Of a DNA stretch of 32,000 bases, positions 9,335 to 18,609 are shown in pieces. The notes under the pieces were generated by a model. The model made no database searches, was not told the DNA's origin, and worked only from the letters and a program-made list of their open reading frames with translations. The position numbers were made by a program, and so were the translations under genes. The DNA lies in assembly GCF_001997385.1 (NCBI RefSeq), contig NZ_CP019633.1, positions 1,140,001 to 1,172,000 of the forward strand, in the 5' to 3' direction. Position 1 is the first letter of the stretch. Each line of letters begins with the position of its first letter. Source of the stretch: Sedimentisphaera cyanobacteriorum. GTDB taxonomy: Bacteria > Planctomycetota > Phycisphaerae > Sedimentisphaerales > Sedimentisphaeraceae.

Positions 9335-9363
9335 TTGAAAATCGGCATCTAATCTGGTATAAT
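9335..9363 (+). promoter_or_regulatory. Strong sigma70-type promoter candidate (extended -10)
   Basis: TTGAAA (9335-9340), a 17-nt spacer, then TGgTATAAT with TATAAT at 9358-9363. It lies 62 nt upstream of the first YkgJ gene. Confidence 0.5.
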
Positions 9364-9425
9364 CACTCAAGCGGCAGGGTCAAACAGAAAAGTTATTCGC
9401 CGGAAAGCGGCGGGGAGCGAAATAT

Positions 9426-9848
9426 ATGAGCAATTATCCTTGGTATGCAGCAGGCCTGCACTTTGAATGTATGCAATGCAGAAACTGCTGTTCTGGGCCG
9501 GGCGAAGGTTACGTATGGGTAAGCGAGGCAGAGCTGGCCAAAATAGCTGAAAAGCTGGGCAAAAGCTTTGAAGAGGTTAAGAAAACCCACTCCCGCAAGG
9601 CACAGGGAGGGATAAGTCTTCTCGAAGATGAGCTCACAAAAGATTGCGAATTTCTCACTAATAACGGGTGCAGTATATACAGTGTTCGCCCGCTTCAATG
9701 CCGAACATGGCCGTTCTGGGAATGCAATCTTGAAAGCCCGGAAACATGGAATCTTGCAGCAAAAAGATGCCCGGGCATCAACCGTGGCCGGCTTTACACC
9801 TTTGAAGAGATTGAAAGCATACGAAAAAATGAGGGAATTGCGGTATGA
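9426..9848 (+). CDS. YkgJ-family cysteine-cluster protein (CxxCxxCC, putative Zn/Fe-chelating)
   Basis: 140 aa. It has CMQCRNCC near the N-terminus, followed by C-x-FL...GCSIYSVRPLQCRTWPFW, the typical second half of the family. Confidence 0.8.
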   Translation: MSNYPWYAAGLHFECMQCRNCCSGPGEGYVWVSEAELAKIAEKLGKSFEEVKKTHSRKAQGGISLLEDELTKDCEFLTNNGCSIYSVRPLQCRTWPFWECNLESPETWNLAAKRCPGINRGRLYTFEEIESIRKNEGIAV

Positions 9849-10258
9849 CAGACAAGCGGAAGGTATTAGAGGAGGTTGTAAAGGTGTACGCCTCAATTGA
9901 AAGGCGGCTTTCCACCGAAAATATCCCGCACTGCCGTCAGTGCGGAAGCTGCTGCAATTTCGCAAGATTCGGGCACAGGCTGTATGTATCCACGCCTGAG
10001 ATTATGTATTTCAGGCATTATGTGCCGGCCAAAGCTGAACTGATAAACGGCAAATGCCCATACCTGAAAGACAGCAAATGCAGTGTTCACAAATACCGCT
10101 TTGCGGGCTGTCGAGTTTTCAACTGTATGATGAGTGAACAGCTTCAGTCTGAAATCAGCGAGTTTGCAGTGAAAAGATTCCGAAACATCTGTGATAAACA
10201 CGGACTTGAGTATCAATATATAGACCTTGAACAGGCCCTGCAGTCTGATATACATTAG
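9845..10258 (+). CDS. YkgJ-family cysteine-cluster protein, second tandem paralog
   Basis: 137 aa with CRQCGSCC and a later KCPYL...CSVHKYRFAGCRVFNC. Its start overlaps the upstream stop (ATGA at 9845-9848). Confidence 0.75.
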   Translation: MTDKRKVLEEVVKVYASIERRLSTENIPHCRQCGSCCNFARFGHRLYVSTPEIMYFRHYVPAKAELINGKCPYLKDSKCSVHKYRFAGCRVFNCMMSEQLQSEISEFAVKRFRNICDKHGLEYQYIDLEQALQSDIH

Positions 10259-10278
10259 AAAAAGGGACAGCCGGAATA

Positions 10279-10752
10279 TTGAACAGCTTAAGAAACATCT
10301 TCTCAAGCAGTAATCTGATAAAATTAGCAGTAATTGCTGTTTTGCTTGCCTTATTCTACCGCATCAGCGAGCAATTTAAGGGCGGAACAGAAACAGAATA
10401 TCTTTACGCCCTCGGACTTGTCTCGGTGTGCATTATCATATCTCTAATACCGCTTTGGATTGCAAGGCCTAAAAAAACAGGCGTGTTCCTCGCTGTTTTT
10501 CTTATCGGATTTTTTATTCGCCTCTTGCTAATATTGGGCGGTGCGGTTATACTTTCGCTTTTTGTAATCGAACATAAACTTTACTTTATCTTCTGGGTAG
10601 GACTGCTGTATATAATGTTTTTGGCGTTCGAAACATTTAAGTGCGTAAAGCGAATCAGGCGGCTCAATTTTGCCCCTGAAAACCCATTTGAAAAGGAAGA
10701 AAATGAAATTTGCATTAGCGACAATGAATCCCCTCGAAGAGGTGCTCTCTAA
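10279..10752 (+). CDS. Small polytopic membrane protein, AtpI-like by position
   Basis: 157 aa with about 4 hydrophobic helices, immediately upstream of atpB and overlapping it. The TTG start is uncertain. The assignment rests on position and topology only. Confidence 0.45.
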   Translation: MNSLRNIFSSSNLIKLAVIAVLLALFYRISEQFKGGTETEYLYALGLVSVCIIISLIPLWIARPKKTGVFLAVFLIGFFIRLLLILGGAVILSLFVIEHKLYFIFWVGLLYIMFLAFETFKCVKRIRRLNFAPENPFEKEENEICISDNESPRRGAL

Positions 10753-11485
10753 GAAGCTCTTCAGCTTCGGCGGGTTCGTTTTCACTAATCATATGGTTAT
10801 GGTAGCCATAGCTGCCAGTATTTTGCTTATTGTTCTGCCTCTTACCTGCGGTAAAATTCGAATGATAAGAACAGGATTCGGCAACGCTATTGAAACAATC
10901 TGCGTATTCTTCCGCAATGAGGTTGTAAAGCCGTTTCTCAAAGACCAGACAGACAAATACGTGTCCGTTATTTGGACTCTGTTTTTCTTTATACTGTCTA
11001 TGAATCTATTGGGAATGATTCCGCTGGACAAGATTATATATCTGTTTACAGGCCAGAAGAATCACATTGTCGGTGCTGCAACCGGCAATATATTTGTTAC
11101 CGGAGCTCTTGCCCTCTTTTCATTTATATTTTTCCACGCAGCGGGAATCCTTGAAAACGGAGTTGGCAACTACATCCGCAATTTCTGCCCGAAAGTGCCC
11201 GGGCCGATCTACCCGCTCATTTTTCTGCTTGAGGTGCTGAGTTCTTTCATTAGGATGTTCTCTCTTGCGGTAAGGCTCTTTGCCAACCTTTTTGCAGGAC
11301 ATATGATGCTCGCAGTAATACTCGGGTTTATCTTCTTTTTCAAGAATATACTCGCAGCAACCGTTTCAATCTCATTCGCAGCTTTGATAAGTATGCTTGA
11401 GCTGTTTGTTGCGTTCTTACAGGCGTATATATTTGCTTTTCTTACTACTATTTACATTGGAATGGCAATCCATCAAGACCATTAA
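10703..11485 (+). CDS. atpB: F0 ATP synthase subunit a
   Basis: ATG at 10703 is preceded by AAGGAAG; the track ORF begins earlier, at 10670. It carries the conserved subunit-a block LSFIRMFSLAVRLFANLFAGH (essential Arg context) and the C-terminal LQAYIFAFLT. Confidence 0.9.
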   Translation: MKFALATMNPLEEVLSKKLFSFGGFVFTNHMVMVAIAASILLIVLPLTCGKIRMIRTGFGNAIETICVFFRNEVVKPFLKDQTDKYVSVIWTLFFFILSMNLLGMIPLDKIIYLFTGQKNHIVGAATGNIFVTGALALFSFIFFHAAGILENGVGNYIRNFCPKVPGPIYPLIFLLEVLSSFIRMFSLAVRLFANLFAGHMMLAVILGFIFFFKNILAATVSISFAALISMLELFVAFLQAYIFAFLTTIYIGMAIHQDH

Positions 11486-11504
11486 TACTGAAAGGAACTA
11501 AGTG

Positions 11505-11789
11505 ATGACAAAACTACTTACAGTTTTGCCGGCAATGCTCTCCACAGTCAACATTGATATTGACGACAAGGGTATTGTAATGCTTGGCGGCCTTCTCGGC
11601 TGCGGGCTTATAGTAATCGGCGCAGGACTCGGCATTGGAAACCTTGCCGGCAGGGCTACCGAAGCTATTGCAAGACAACCGGAAGCCGGAGGCAGAATCT
11701 TCACCTGTATGCTCATTGCAGCATCGCTGATTGAAGGTGTTACTCTTATCGGGCTTATTATCTGCCTGCTTCCTCTTTTCTTTATGTAA
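11505..11789 (+). CDS. atpE: F0 ATP synthase subunit c
   Basis: Hairpin proteolipid with a Gly-rich helix 1 (GAGLGIGNLAG), the loop ARQPEA, and the helix-2 carboxylate in SLIEGVTLIG. A GTG at 11502 is an alternative start. Confidence 0.9.
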   Translation: MTKLLTVLPAMLSTVNIDIDDKGIVMLGGLLGCGLIVIGAGLGIGNLAGRATEAIARQPEAGGRIFTCMLIAASLIEGVTLIGLIICLLPLFFM

Positions 11790-11810
11790 GATTAAAAAGG
11801 GGCTGCAAAA

Positions 11811-12428
11811 TTGGCTTTAGTCGAAAAAATCAGATACCTGCTTCTCTGTTTTTCAGTGAATGCAGTCCTGCTTGCATCTGAAACAGCATCAGGCGGGGCA
11901 GAAGGCGAATCCGAGAAGGTTAATATCTTCAGCGGATACCTGAGCGAATCGATCTGGACGCTTGTCTGGTTCGCTGTTCTGGTGTTTATGCTTGGAAAGT
12001 TTGTATGGAAGCCTATGCTCGCGGGGCTTAAAGCTCGTGAAGACCATATCAGCGGCGAGATAAACAGCGCCGAGGAGATGAAGAAAGAGGCCGGCCAGAA
12101 ACTTGAGCAGTATCAGGGCAAATTGGAAAATGCCGAAAAAGAAGGAAGAAAGGCCGCTCAGAAGCATATAAACGAAGCCGAGAAAAAAGGACAGGAGATC
12201 CTTACAAAGGCTATGTCTGAAGCAGACCAGATCAAGGCAAGGGCCAGAGAGGACGCCAGAAAGGCCGCTGAATCTGCAAAGGGTTCTTTTGTGGATGAGG
12301 CAGGAACGATTGTATGCTCGCTGGGAAGCACGATTATCGGCAGAGTTATAACGCCGGAAGACAACAAGCAGCTGATCGATCAGGCCGTTGATGAATTCAA
12401 GAAATCTTATATCTCCGGAAACAGCTGA
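11811..12428 (+). CDS. atpF: F0 ATP synthase subunit b
   Basis: A single N-terminal TM helix (WTLVWFAVLVFMLGKFVWKP) is followed by a long charged coiled coil rich in A/E/K. It sits between atpE and atpH. TTG start. Confidence 0.85.
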   Translation: MALVEKIRYLLLCFSVNAVLLASETASGGAEGESEKVNIFSGYLSESIWTLVWFAVLVFMLGKFVWKPMLAGLKAREDHISGEINSAEEMKKEAGQKLEQYQGKLENAEKEGRKAAQKHINEAEKKGQEILTKAMSEADQIKARAREDARKAAESAKGSFVDEAGTIVCSLGSTIIGRVITPEDNKQLIDQAVDEFKKSYISGNS

Positions 12429-12442
12429 AGCGGCGGTCCTGT

Positions 12443-13012
12443 ATGAAAGATTTTTCAGCTACAGCAGAGATTTACGCAAAGCCTTTTTTTGAAATTGCCA
12501 AGGAAAAAGGCAAAATTCAGCAGCTGTTCAGCGAGCTTGAGGTTTGTGCAGAAAGTTTTACAAAGCAGAAAGAAGTCCTCAGCTTTTTCGAAAGCCCTTT
12601 CGTTCAAACCAGCGAAAAAATAAAAGCTGTGGAAAATGCACTGACCGGAAAAGCAGATAATTTCACTACTGGGCTTATGGTGAGCCTTGCCAGAAGGGCA
12701 AGGATAAGCTTGCTGCCGGATATACTTAAGGCTTTCGAAGTGCTGGAGGCAGAAAGCAGAGGCGTTGAGTTTGTGAAAGTTACTCTCGCCTCCGAGCCGA
12801 GCGAAGAAACCAGAGAGCATATAGAGAAAAGGCTCAGAGAAGTTACGGGAAAAGAAACCAGATTCGAATACCATTTCAACCCTGATCTGATAGGCGGGGT
12901 TGTAATAGAGCACAACGGCAAGGTTGTGGACAATTCAGTGCGGAGTAATTTAAACAATGCCGTAAACAAGATTACCGGCAGAATTCGCAGCCGAAGGCTT
13001 AAGTCGGGCTAA
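12443..13012 (+). CDS. atpH: F1 ATP synthase subunit delta (OSCP)
   Basis: 189 aa, operon position between b and alpha, with an OSCP-like C-terminus ([23 protein letters not shown]). Confidence 0.85.
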   Translation: MKDFSATAEIYAKPFFEIAKEKGKIQQLFSELEVCAESFTKQKEVLSFFESPFVQTSEKIKAVENALTGKADNFTTGLMVSLARRARISLLPDILKAFEVLEAESRGVEFVKVTLASEPSEETREHIEKRLREVTGKETRFEYHFNPDLIGGVVIEHNGKVVDNSVRSNLNNAVNKITGRIRSRRLKSG

Positions 13013-13032
13013 TCAGTAATTCAGGAAATATT

Positions 13033-14556
13033 ATGAAACTTGACGTTCAGGAAATAAGTTCGCTGATCAAAAAAGAGATCAGCCAGTACAATAAAGAGAT
13101 CGATGTTTCTACTGTCGGAAGAGTAACGGAAGTGGGCGACGGGATTGCTCACGTTTACGGGCTCGAGAATGCGATGGCAGGAGAAATCCTCGAGTTTGAG
13201 GGGGGCGTCCCCGGCGAGGTTTTCAACCTGAACGAGAACAGCATTGGTGCAGTGATCTACGGCGACTACAGCAAGATAAGCGAAGGAAGCGCCGTAAAAG
13301 CTACCGGACGCGTGCTTACAGTTCCCACAGGAGCGAAACTGCTCGGGCGCGTGGTAGATCCGCTCTGCAAGCCGCTGGACGGCAAGGGTGAGATTGAATC
13401 GGAGGCGATGCGTTTAGTAGATTCCTCTGCACCCGGAATCGCTGACAGGCAGCCTGTGAATCAGCCCCTTATGACCGGTCTTAAGAGCGTGGATGCGATG
13501 ATCCCGATCGGAAGAGGCCAGCGAGAGCTGATTATCGGAGACAGAAAAACCGGCAAAACAGCGATTGCTCTTGATGCGATAGTCAATCAGAAAGGCGGGG
13601 ATGTAGTCTGCGTTTATGTGGCGATCGGGCAGAAGGAATCCACTGTAGCAGAAGTTGTGGATATGCTCGAGAGGCATGGAGCTATGGAACATAGCGTAGT
13701 AGTAGCTGCGAATGCCTCAGACAGCGCACCGCTTCAGTATATCGCGCCTTACACCGGCTGCGCTATAGCTGAGCATTTTATGTATAAAAGCGGCAGAGAT
13801 ACCCTCTGCGTTTACGACGACCTTTCAAAACACGCTGTGGCCTATCGTGAGATGAGTCTTCTTTTGAGAAGGCCGCCGGGAAGAGAGGCCTTCCCGGGCG
13901 ATATCTTCTACCTGCACAGCAGACTGCTGGAAAGAGGCGTTAAGCTCAGCGACAAACTCGGAGGCGGCTCGCTAACCGCCCTGCCGATTGTGGAAACTCT
14001 CGAAGGACAGGTTTCAGCGTATATACCAACGAATATAATCTCAATCACAGACGGCCAGATATACCTGCAGAGAGATCTTTTCCTCTCAGGCGTGCGTCCT
14101 GCTGTTGATGTGGGGATAAGCGTTTCGAGGGTTGGCGGAGATGCTCAGGTACCGGCGATGAAGAAGGTGGCCGGAAGGCTCAGGCTCGATCTGGCATCTT
14201 TCCGTGAATTGGAAGACTTCGCACGCCTCGGCACCGAGCTGGATGAGGCCTCGCAGGCACAGCTCGACAGAGGATACAGAATGGTGGAGCTGCTCAAGCA
14301 GCCCCAGTTCTCGCCGATGAGCTGCGCTGATCAGGTGATTTCGATTTTTGCAGGCTCAAAGGGAGCTCTCGACGATATAGAGGCTAACAGGGTATCAGAC
14401 TTCCTGACCGAGCTGCTTGCTTGGATGCGGCTTGAGGCAAATGAGTATGTAAAGGAGATTGAAGATACAGGCAAAATCTCAGATGAGCTCGCTGAAGGAC
14501 TTATGAGCGTCATTGAGATGTACAAAAATGTTTACCGCTTCTCCTTCGCCGGGTAG
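13033..14556 (+). CDS. atpA: F1 ATP synthase subunit alpha
   Basis: 507 aa with Walker A GDRKTGKT, plus the blocks [38 protein letters not shown] and ITDGQIYL. Confidence 0.97.
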   Translation: MKLDVQEISSLIKKEISQYNKEIDVSTVGRVTEVGDGIAHVYGLENAMAGEILEFEGGVPGEVFNLNENSIGAVIYGDYSKISEGSAVKATGRVLTVPTGAKLLGRVVDPLCKPLDGKGEIESEAMRLVDSSAPGIADRQPVNQPLMTGLKSVDAMIPIGRGQRELIIGDRKTGKTAIALDAIVNQKGGDVVCVYVAIGQKESTVAEVVDMLERHGAMEHSVVVAANASDSAPLQYIAPYTGCAIAEHFMYKSGRDTLCVYDDLSKHAVAYREMSLLLRRPPGREAFPGDIFYLHSRLLERGVKLSDKLGGGSLTALPIVETLEGQVSAYIPTNIISITDGQIYLQRDLFLSGVRPAVDVGISVSRVGGDAQVPAMKKVAGRLRLDLASFRELEDFARLGTELDEASQAQLDRGYRMVELLKQPQFSPMSCADQVISIFAGSKGALDDIEANRVSDFLTELLAWMRLEANEYVKEIEDTGKISDELAEGLMSVIEMYKNVYRFSFAG

Positions 14557-14574
14557 AGGTTTGATAAGTTTATA

Positions 14575-14591
14575 TAACCACGAAGGCTCGA
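14575..14591. repeat. Left arm of an imperfect inverted repeat bracketing the atpA-atpG insert
   Basis: TAACCACGAAGGCTCGA is complementary to 14826-14843 (TCGAGCaCTTCGTGGTTA): 11 + 6 bp with one bulged A at 14832. Confidence 0.85.
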
Positions 14592-14781
14592 TTGCGGATA
14601 TCGTATTGATATTTTAGTAGAAGAAAGTTTGCTTATTGAATTAAAAAGCGTAGATAAGATAATACCGGTGCATGAAGCTCAGATATTATCATATATGAAG
14701 ATGGCTGATTGCAGAGAAGGTTTGCTGATTAATTTTAACAACAAGCTTTTGAAAAATGGAATTAAAAGATATGTGCTTTAA
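14578..14781 (+). pseudogene. Start-less C-terminal fragment of a GxxExxY-family (PDDEXK_3) nuclease-fold gene
   Basis: Not in the ORF track. The frame opens after TAA at 14575-14577 and reads PRRLDCGYRIDILVEESLLIELKSVDKIIPVHEAQILSYMKMADCREGLLINFNNKLLKNGIKRYVL*, with stop at 14779-14781. (Y)R.D.LVE....IELK, H.AQ.L.Y, GLLINF and IKR are the C-terminal hallmarks of the family as I recall them. There is no start codon and the N-terminal half, including the GxxExxY motif, is absent. Confidence 0.65.
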
Positions 14782-14825
14782 AAATATAACACAAATCACA
14801 TTACAAAATAAAATCTTAGTGTTCT

Positions 14826-14843
14826 TCGAGCACTTCGTGGTTA
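14826..14843. repeat. Right arm of the inverted repeat bracketing the atpA-atpG insert
   Basis: TCGAGCACTTCGTGGTTA is the reverse complement of 14575-14591 except for one extra A. Confidence 0.85.
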
Positions 14844-14881
14844 AAAACCAACTACCCAAAAGTAATTTAAGTTGATTAAAT

Positions 14882-15775
14882 ATGGCGAGTATAAGGCAAA
14901 TACTTCAAAGGAAGCGGGCGGTAGCGAACATCCGCAAGGTAACTAAGACGATGGAAATGATCTCAACCTCGCGTTACCGCCAGTATTTCGATATGTGGCA
15001 GAGCGGGCAGAAATTCTACAACTACCTCGCTGAGCTAGCCTACCTTATGCTCACGAGCGACAAGAAGATTGAGCATCCGCTGATGCAGGAAAACGAATCG
15101 GGGAACATAGCGATCCTCGTTATCGGAGCAAACAGGGGCCTTTGCGGCGGCTTCAACAGCGCACTGAATCATATGATTGAGGTGCACATCAAACGAGCGA
15201 AGCGTTTGCGGAAAAAGCTTATTGTATATGTATCTGGTAAAAAGGCCGCTGCCTATCTCAGGCATAAGGGCGTGAAGGTAAAAAAAGAATTCTCCGATTT
15301 TGAAGAGATGCCCACCGCTAAGCAGAGCGATGATATGGCAGATGATTTTATGAATCTCTATATCAACGGCGAAGTTGACTACTTCGGCATTGTTCACACT
15401 AGGTTCTTCTCAGTAGCGAGCCAAAAGCCTCAAACGCTCACAATCCTGCCTGTTTCCGAGCTGATAGACGATTTAACAACACGCTCCACGGTTATATGGC
15501 CGTGGTCTTGCGAGGCGGGCGAATTTGAGCTCGAGCCGGATTTAAACGAGATGTTCGAGGGAATGGTTCGGATGATGCTCAGAACGGCTGTTTCCGGCTG
15601 CTTTGTAAATTCGGTTCTGAGCGAGTATTTGGCGAGGGTAGTGGCGATGAAGAGCGCAACAGACAACGCAGAAGATATGATTAAAGCCCTTAATTCTCAG
15701 TACAACAGCGCAAGGCAGAACAAGATTACAACAGAACTAACCGATATAGTCAGCGGCGTTGAGGCGCTGGGCTAA
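14882..15775 (+). CDS. atpG: F1 ATP synthase subunit gamma
   Basis: 297 aa. N-terminal IRKVTKTMEMISTSRYRQ and C-terminal ARQNKITTELTDIVSG are typical gamma helices, with GANRGLCGGFN in between. Confidence 0.93.
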   Translation: MASIRQILQRKRAVANIRKVTKTMEMISTSRYRQYFDMWQSGQKFYNYLAELAYLMLTSDKKIEHPLMQENESGNIAILVIGANRGLCGGFNSALNHMIEVHIKRAKRLRKKLIVYVSGKKAAAYLRHKGVKVKKEFSDFEEMPTAKQSDDMADDFMNLYINGEVDYFGIVHTRFFSVASQKPQTLTILPVSELIDDLTTRSTVIWPWSCEAGEFELEPDLNEMFEGMVRMMLRTAVSGCFVNSVLSEYLARVVAMKSATDNAEDMIKALNSQYNSARQNKITTELTDIVSGVEALG

Positions 15776-17220
<1,445 letters not shown>

Positions 17221-17221
<1 letters not shown>

Positions 17222-17694
17222 TGCCTGCACTCTCGAGATTCAAATGCGTTCTACAAACGAGAAAAAGAACCCTGCTGGAATGTATGGCTAATTCTGTAGT
17301 CGTGCCTGGGTCTCAGGGGCAGATGGGTATAATGCGCGGGCACTGCCCGATGCTCTGCGAAATAGGCCTTGGGATTATGACAGCCAAAGGGCTGTCGGAT
17401 TTCGATTACAACCCGCTTGAAGACCGCCACTTCCTGCTGGACGGCGGTTTCGTTCGGATTGCTGATAACAACGTAGCGGTAATAGCTTACGATGTAACAG
17501 GTTTCGATGAGATACCGATGGAGAAGGTTGATCAGATGGTGGAAAAGGCGAAAAATCTGCTCGAGGGCGATAAGTTTACTCGGCAGATAAGAGGCCATGA
17601 AATCAAAAAAGCCGAGATGATCCTTCGCCTAGCAGAGCTTGCAAAATACAGCTCAGCCGGGGCAAATTCCTCCAAGCAGCCGGGTTCTCAATAA
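17221..17694 (+). CDS. atpC: F1 ATP synthase subunit epsilon
   Basis: 157 aa. VVVPGSQGQMGIMRGHCPML matches the epsilon beta-sandwich motif (LPG..G..GIL.GH.P). The start overlaps the atpD stop by 1 nt (TAATG). Confidence 0.85.
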
Positions 17695-17711
17695 GAAAAG
17701 CTCAAAAAAAG

Positions 17712-17734
17712 AAAGCGGCCGCTAAGCCGCTTTT
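17712..17734. terminator. Intrinsic terminator, potentially bidirectional (atpC on + converging with the PEP-CTERM gene on -)
   Basis: Stem aaagcggc (17712-17719) pairs with gccgcttt (17726-17733) around a 6-nt loop. An A-run lies upstream and a T-run downstream. Confidence 0.7.
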
Positions 17735-17758
17735 ATGAGAAAAGTGTGTTTTAGTGTT

Positions 17759-18457
17759 TTAATTACGTTTTCTTCTTCTTACAAGCATCCCAATTCCGCC
17801 AGCACCGAGCATAATCATAGAGGCCGGCTCTGGAATTTCTGTAATCCTTATTGCATTGGCATTAGAATAGAACGCCCCTGCTTGGGAGTCGACCGTAAAC
17901 TCAGCAGAAATCATGCCGTTCTGCTCTGGTGATACAGCCTCCCATACAAGCCAGTCTGAATCATTGTATGCCTGCTGGGCGCACCAGCTTTCCAGCTCCT
18001 GCTGAGTAGCGTCGGAGTTATAGTTTTCGTCTGCGTATTCGCCCTGCACAGTAATCCCGGAAACTGAATACTGGGAAATCCAGGATGAAAGCACTTCCAC
18101 CTGATACACCTTCTCGCTGTGGAGGCCATCGAAATCAATCTGTGAGGAGCTGTTTATTGAATACACAAAATCCTCTGCTACCGCCTGATCAACCCAGTCA
18201 ATTGTGCTGTTGTCCCAGCCGCCGGCCTGCTTGTAATCGAAGCCGCTGCCGGAAACAGAAACTCCTGTGCTGAGCTCTGTGTTGAAATCAATCAGCCCTG
18301 CGCCGGCGTCAAGCTGAGCGAGGCTTAGAGTGTTCCAGCCTGCTTCGGCTGGGTCATCTGAGCTGTTGCCGAGATCAATCCTGAGCTCCATCTGGCCTAT
18401 TGCCGGCATACAAACCAGCGAGGTCAGAATAACAACTGTAATAAATTTGTTTTTCAT
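17759..18457 (-). CDS. PEP-CTERM sorting-domain secreted protein
   Basis: 232 aa with a signal peptide (MKNKFITVVILTSLVCMPAIG). The C-terminus ITEIPEPASMIMLGAGGIGMLVRRRKRN is a PEP motif, hydrophobic helix and basic tail. RBS AAGGAAAG. Confidence 0.85.
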   Translation of the reverse strand: MKNKFITVVILTSLVCMPAIGQMELRIDLGNSSDDPAEAGWNTLSLAQLDAGAGLIDFNTELSTGVSVSGSGFDYKQAGGWDNSTIDWVDQAVAEDFVYSINSSSQIDFDGLHSEKVYQVEVLSSWISQYSVSGITVQGEYADENYNSDATQQELESWCAQQAYNDSDWLVWEAVSPEQNGMISAEFTVDSQAGAFYSNANAIRITEIPEPASMIMLGAGGIGMLVRRRKRN

Positions 18458-18565
18458 TTCATCTTTCCTTTACATTAAAAACTCTCTCCATCCGGCACCT
18501 TAACCGAATGCCTCAAACAACTGTTTTCACATTACCATATAAATCTGTAAAACCAAATAAAAATT

Positions 18566-18597
18566 AATGCGGGGCCGAGATTTTTGAGCCCCGCATT
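18566..18597 (-). terminator. Intrinsic terminator after the 753-aa gene
   Basis: Stem aatgcggggc (18566-18575) pairs with gccccgcatt (18588-18597). On the minus strand it is followed by AATTTTTATTT. Confidence 0.65.
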
Positions 18598-18609
18598 TAA
18601 TTATTCGGT

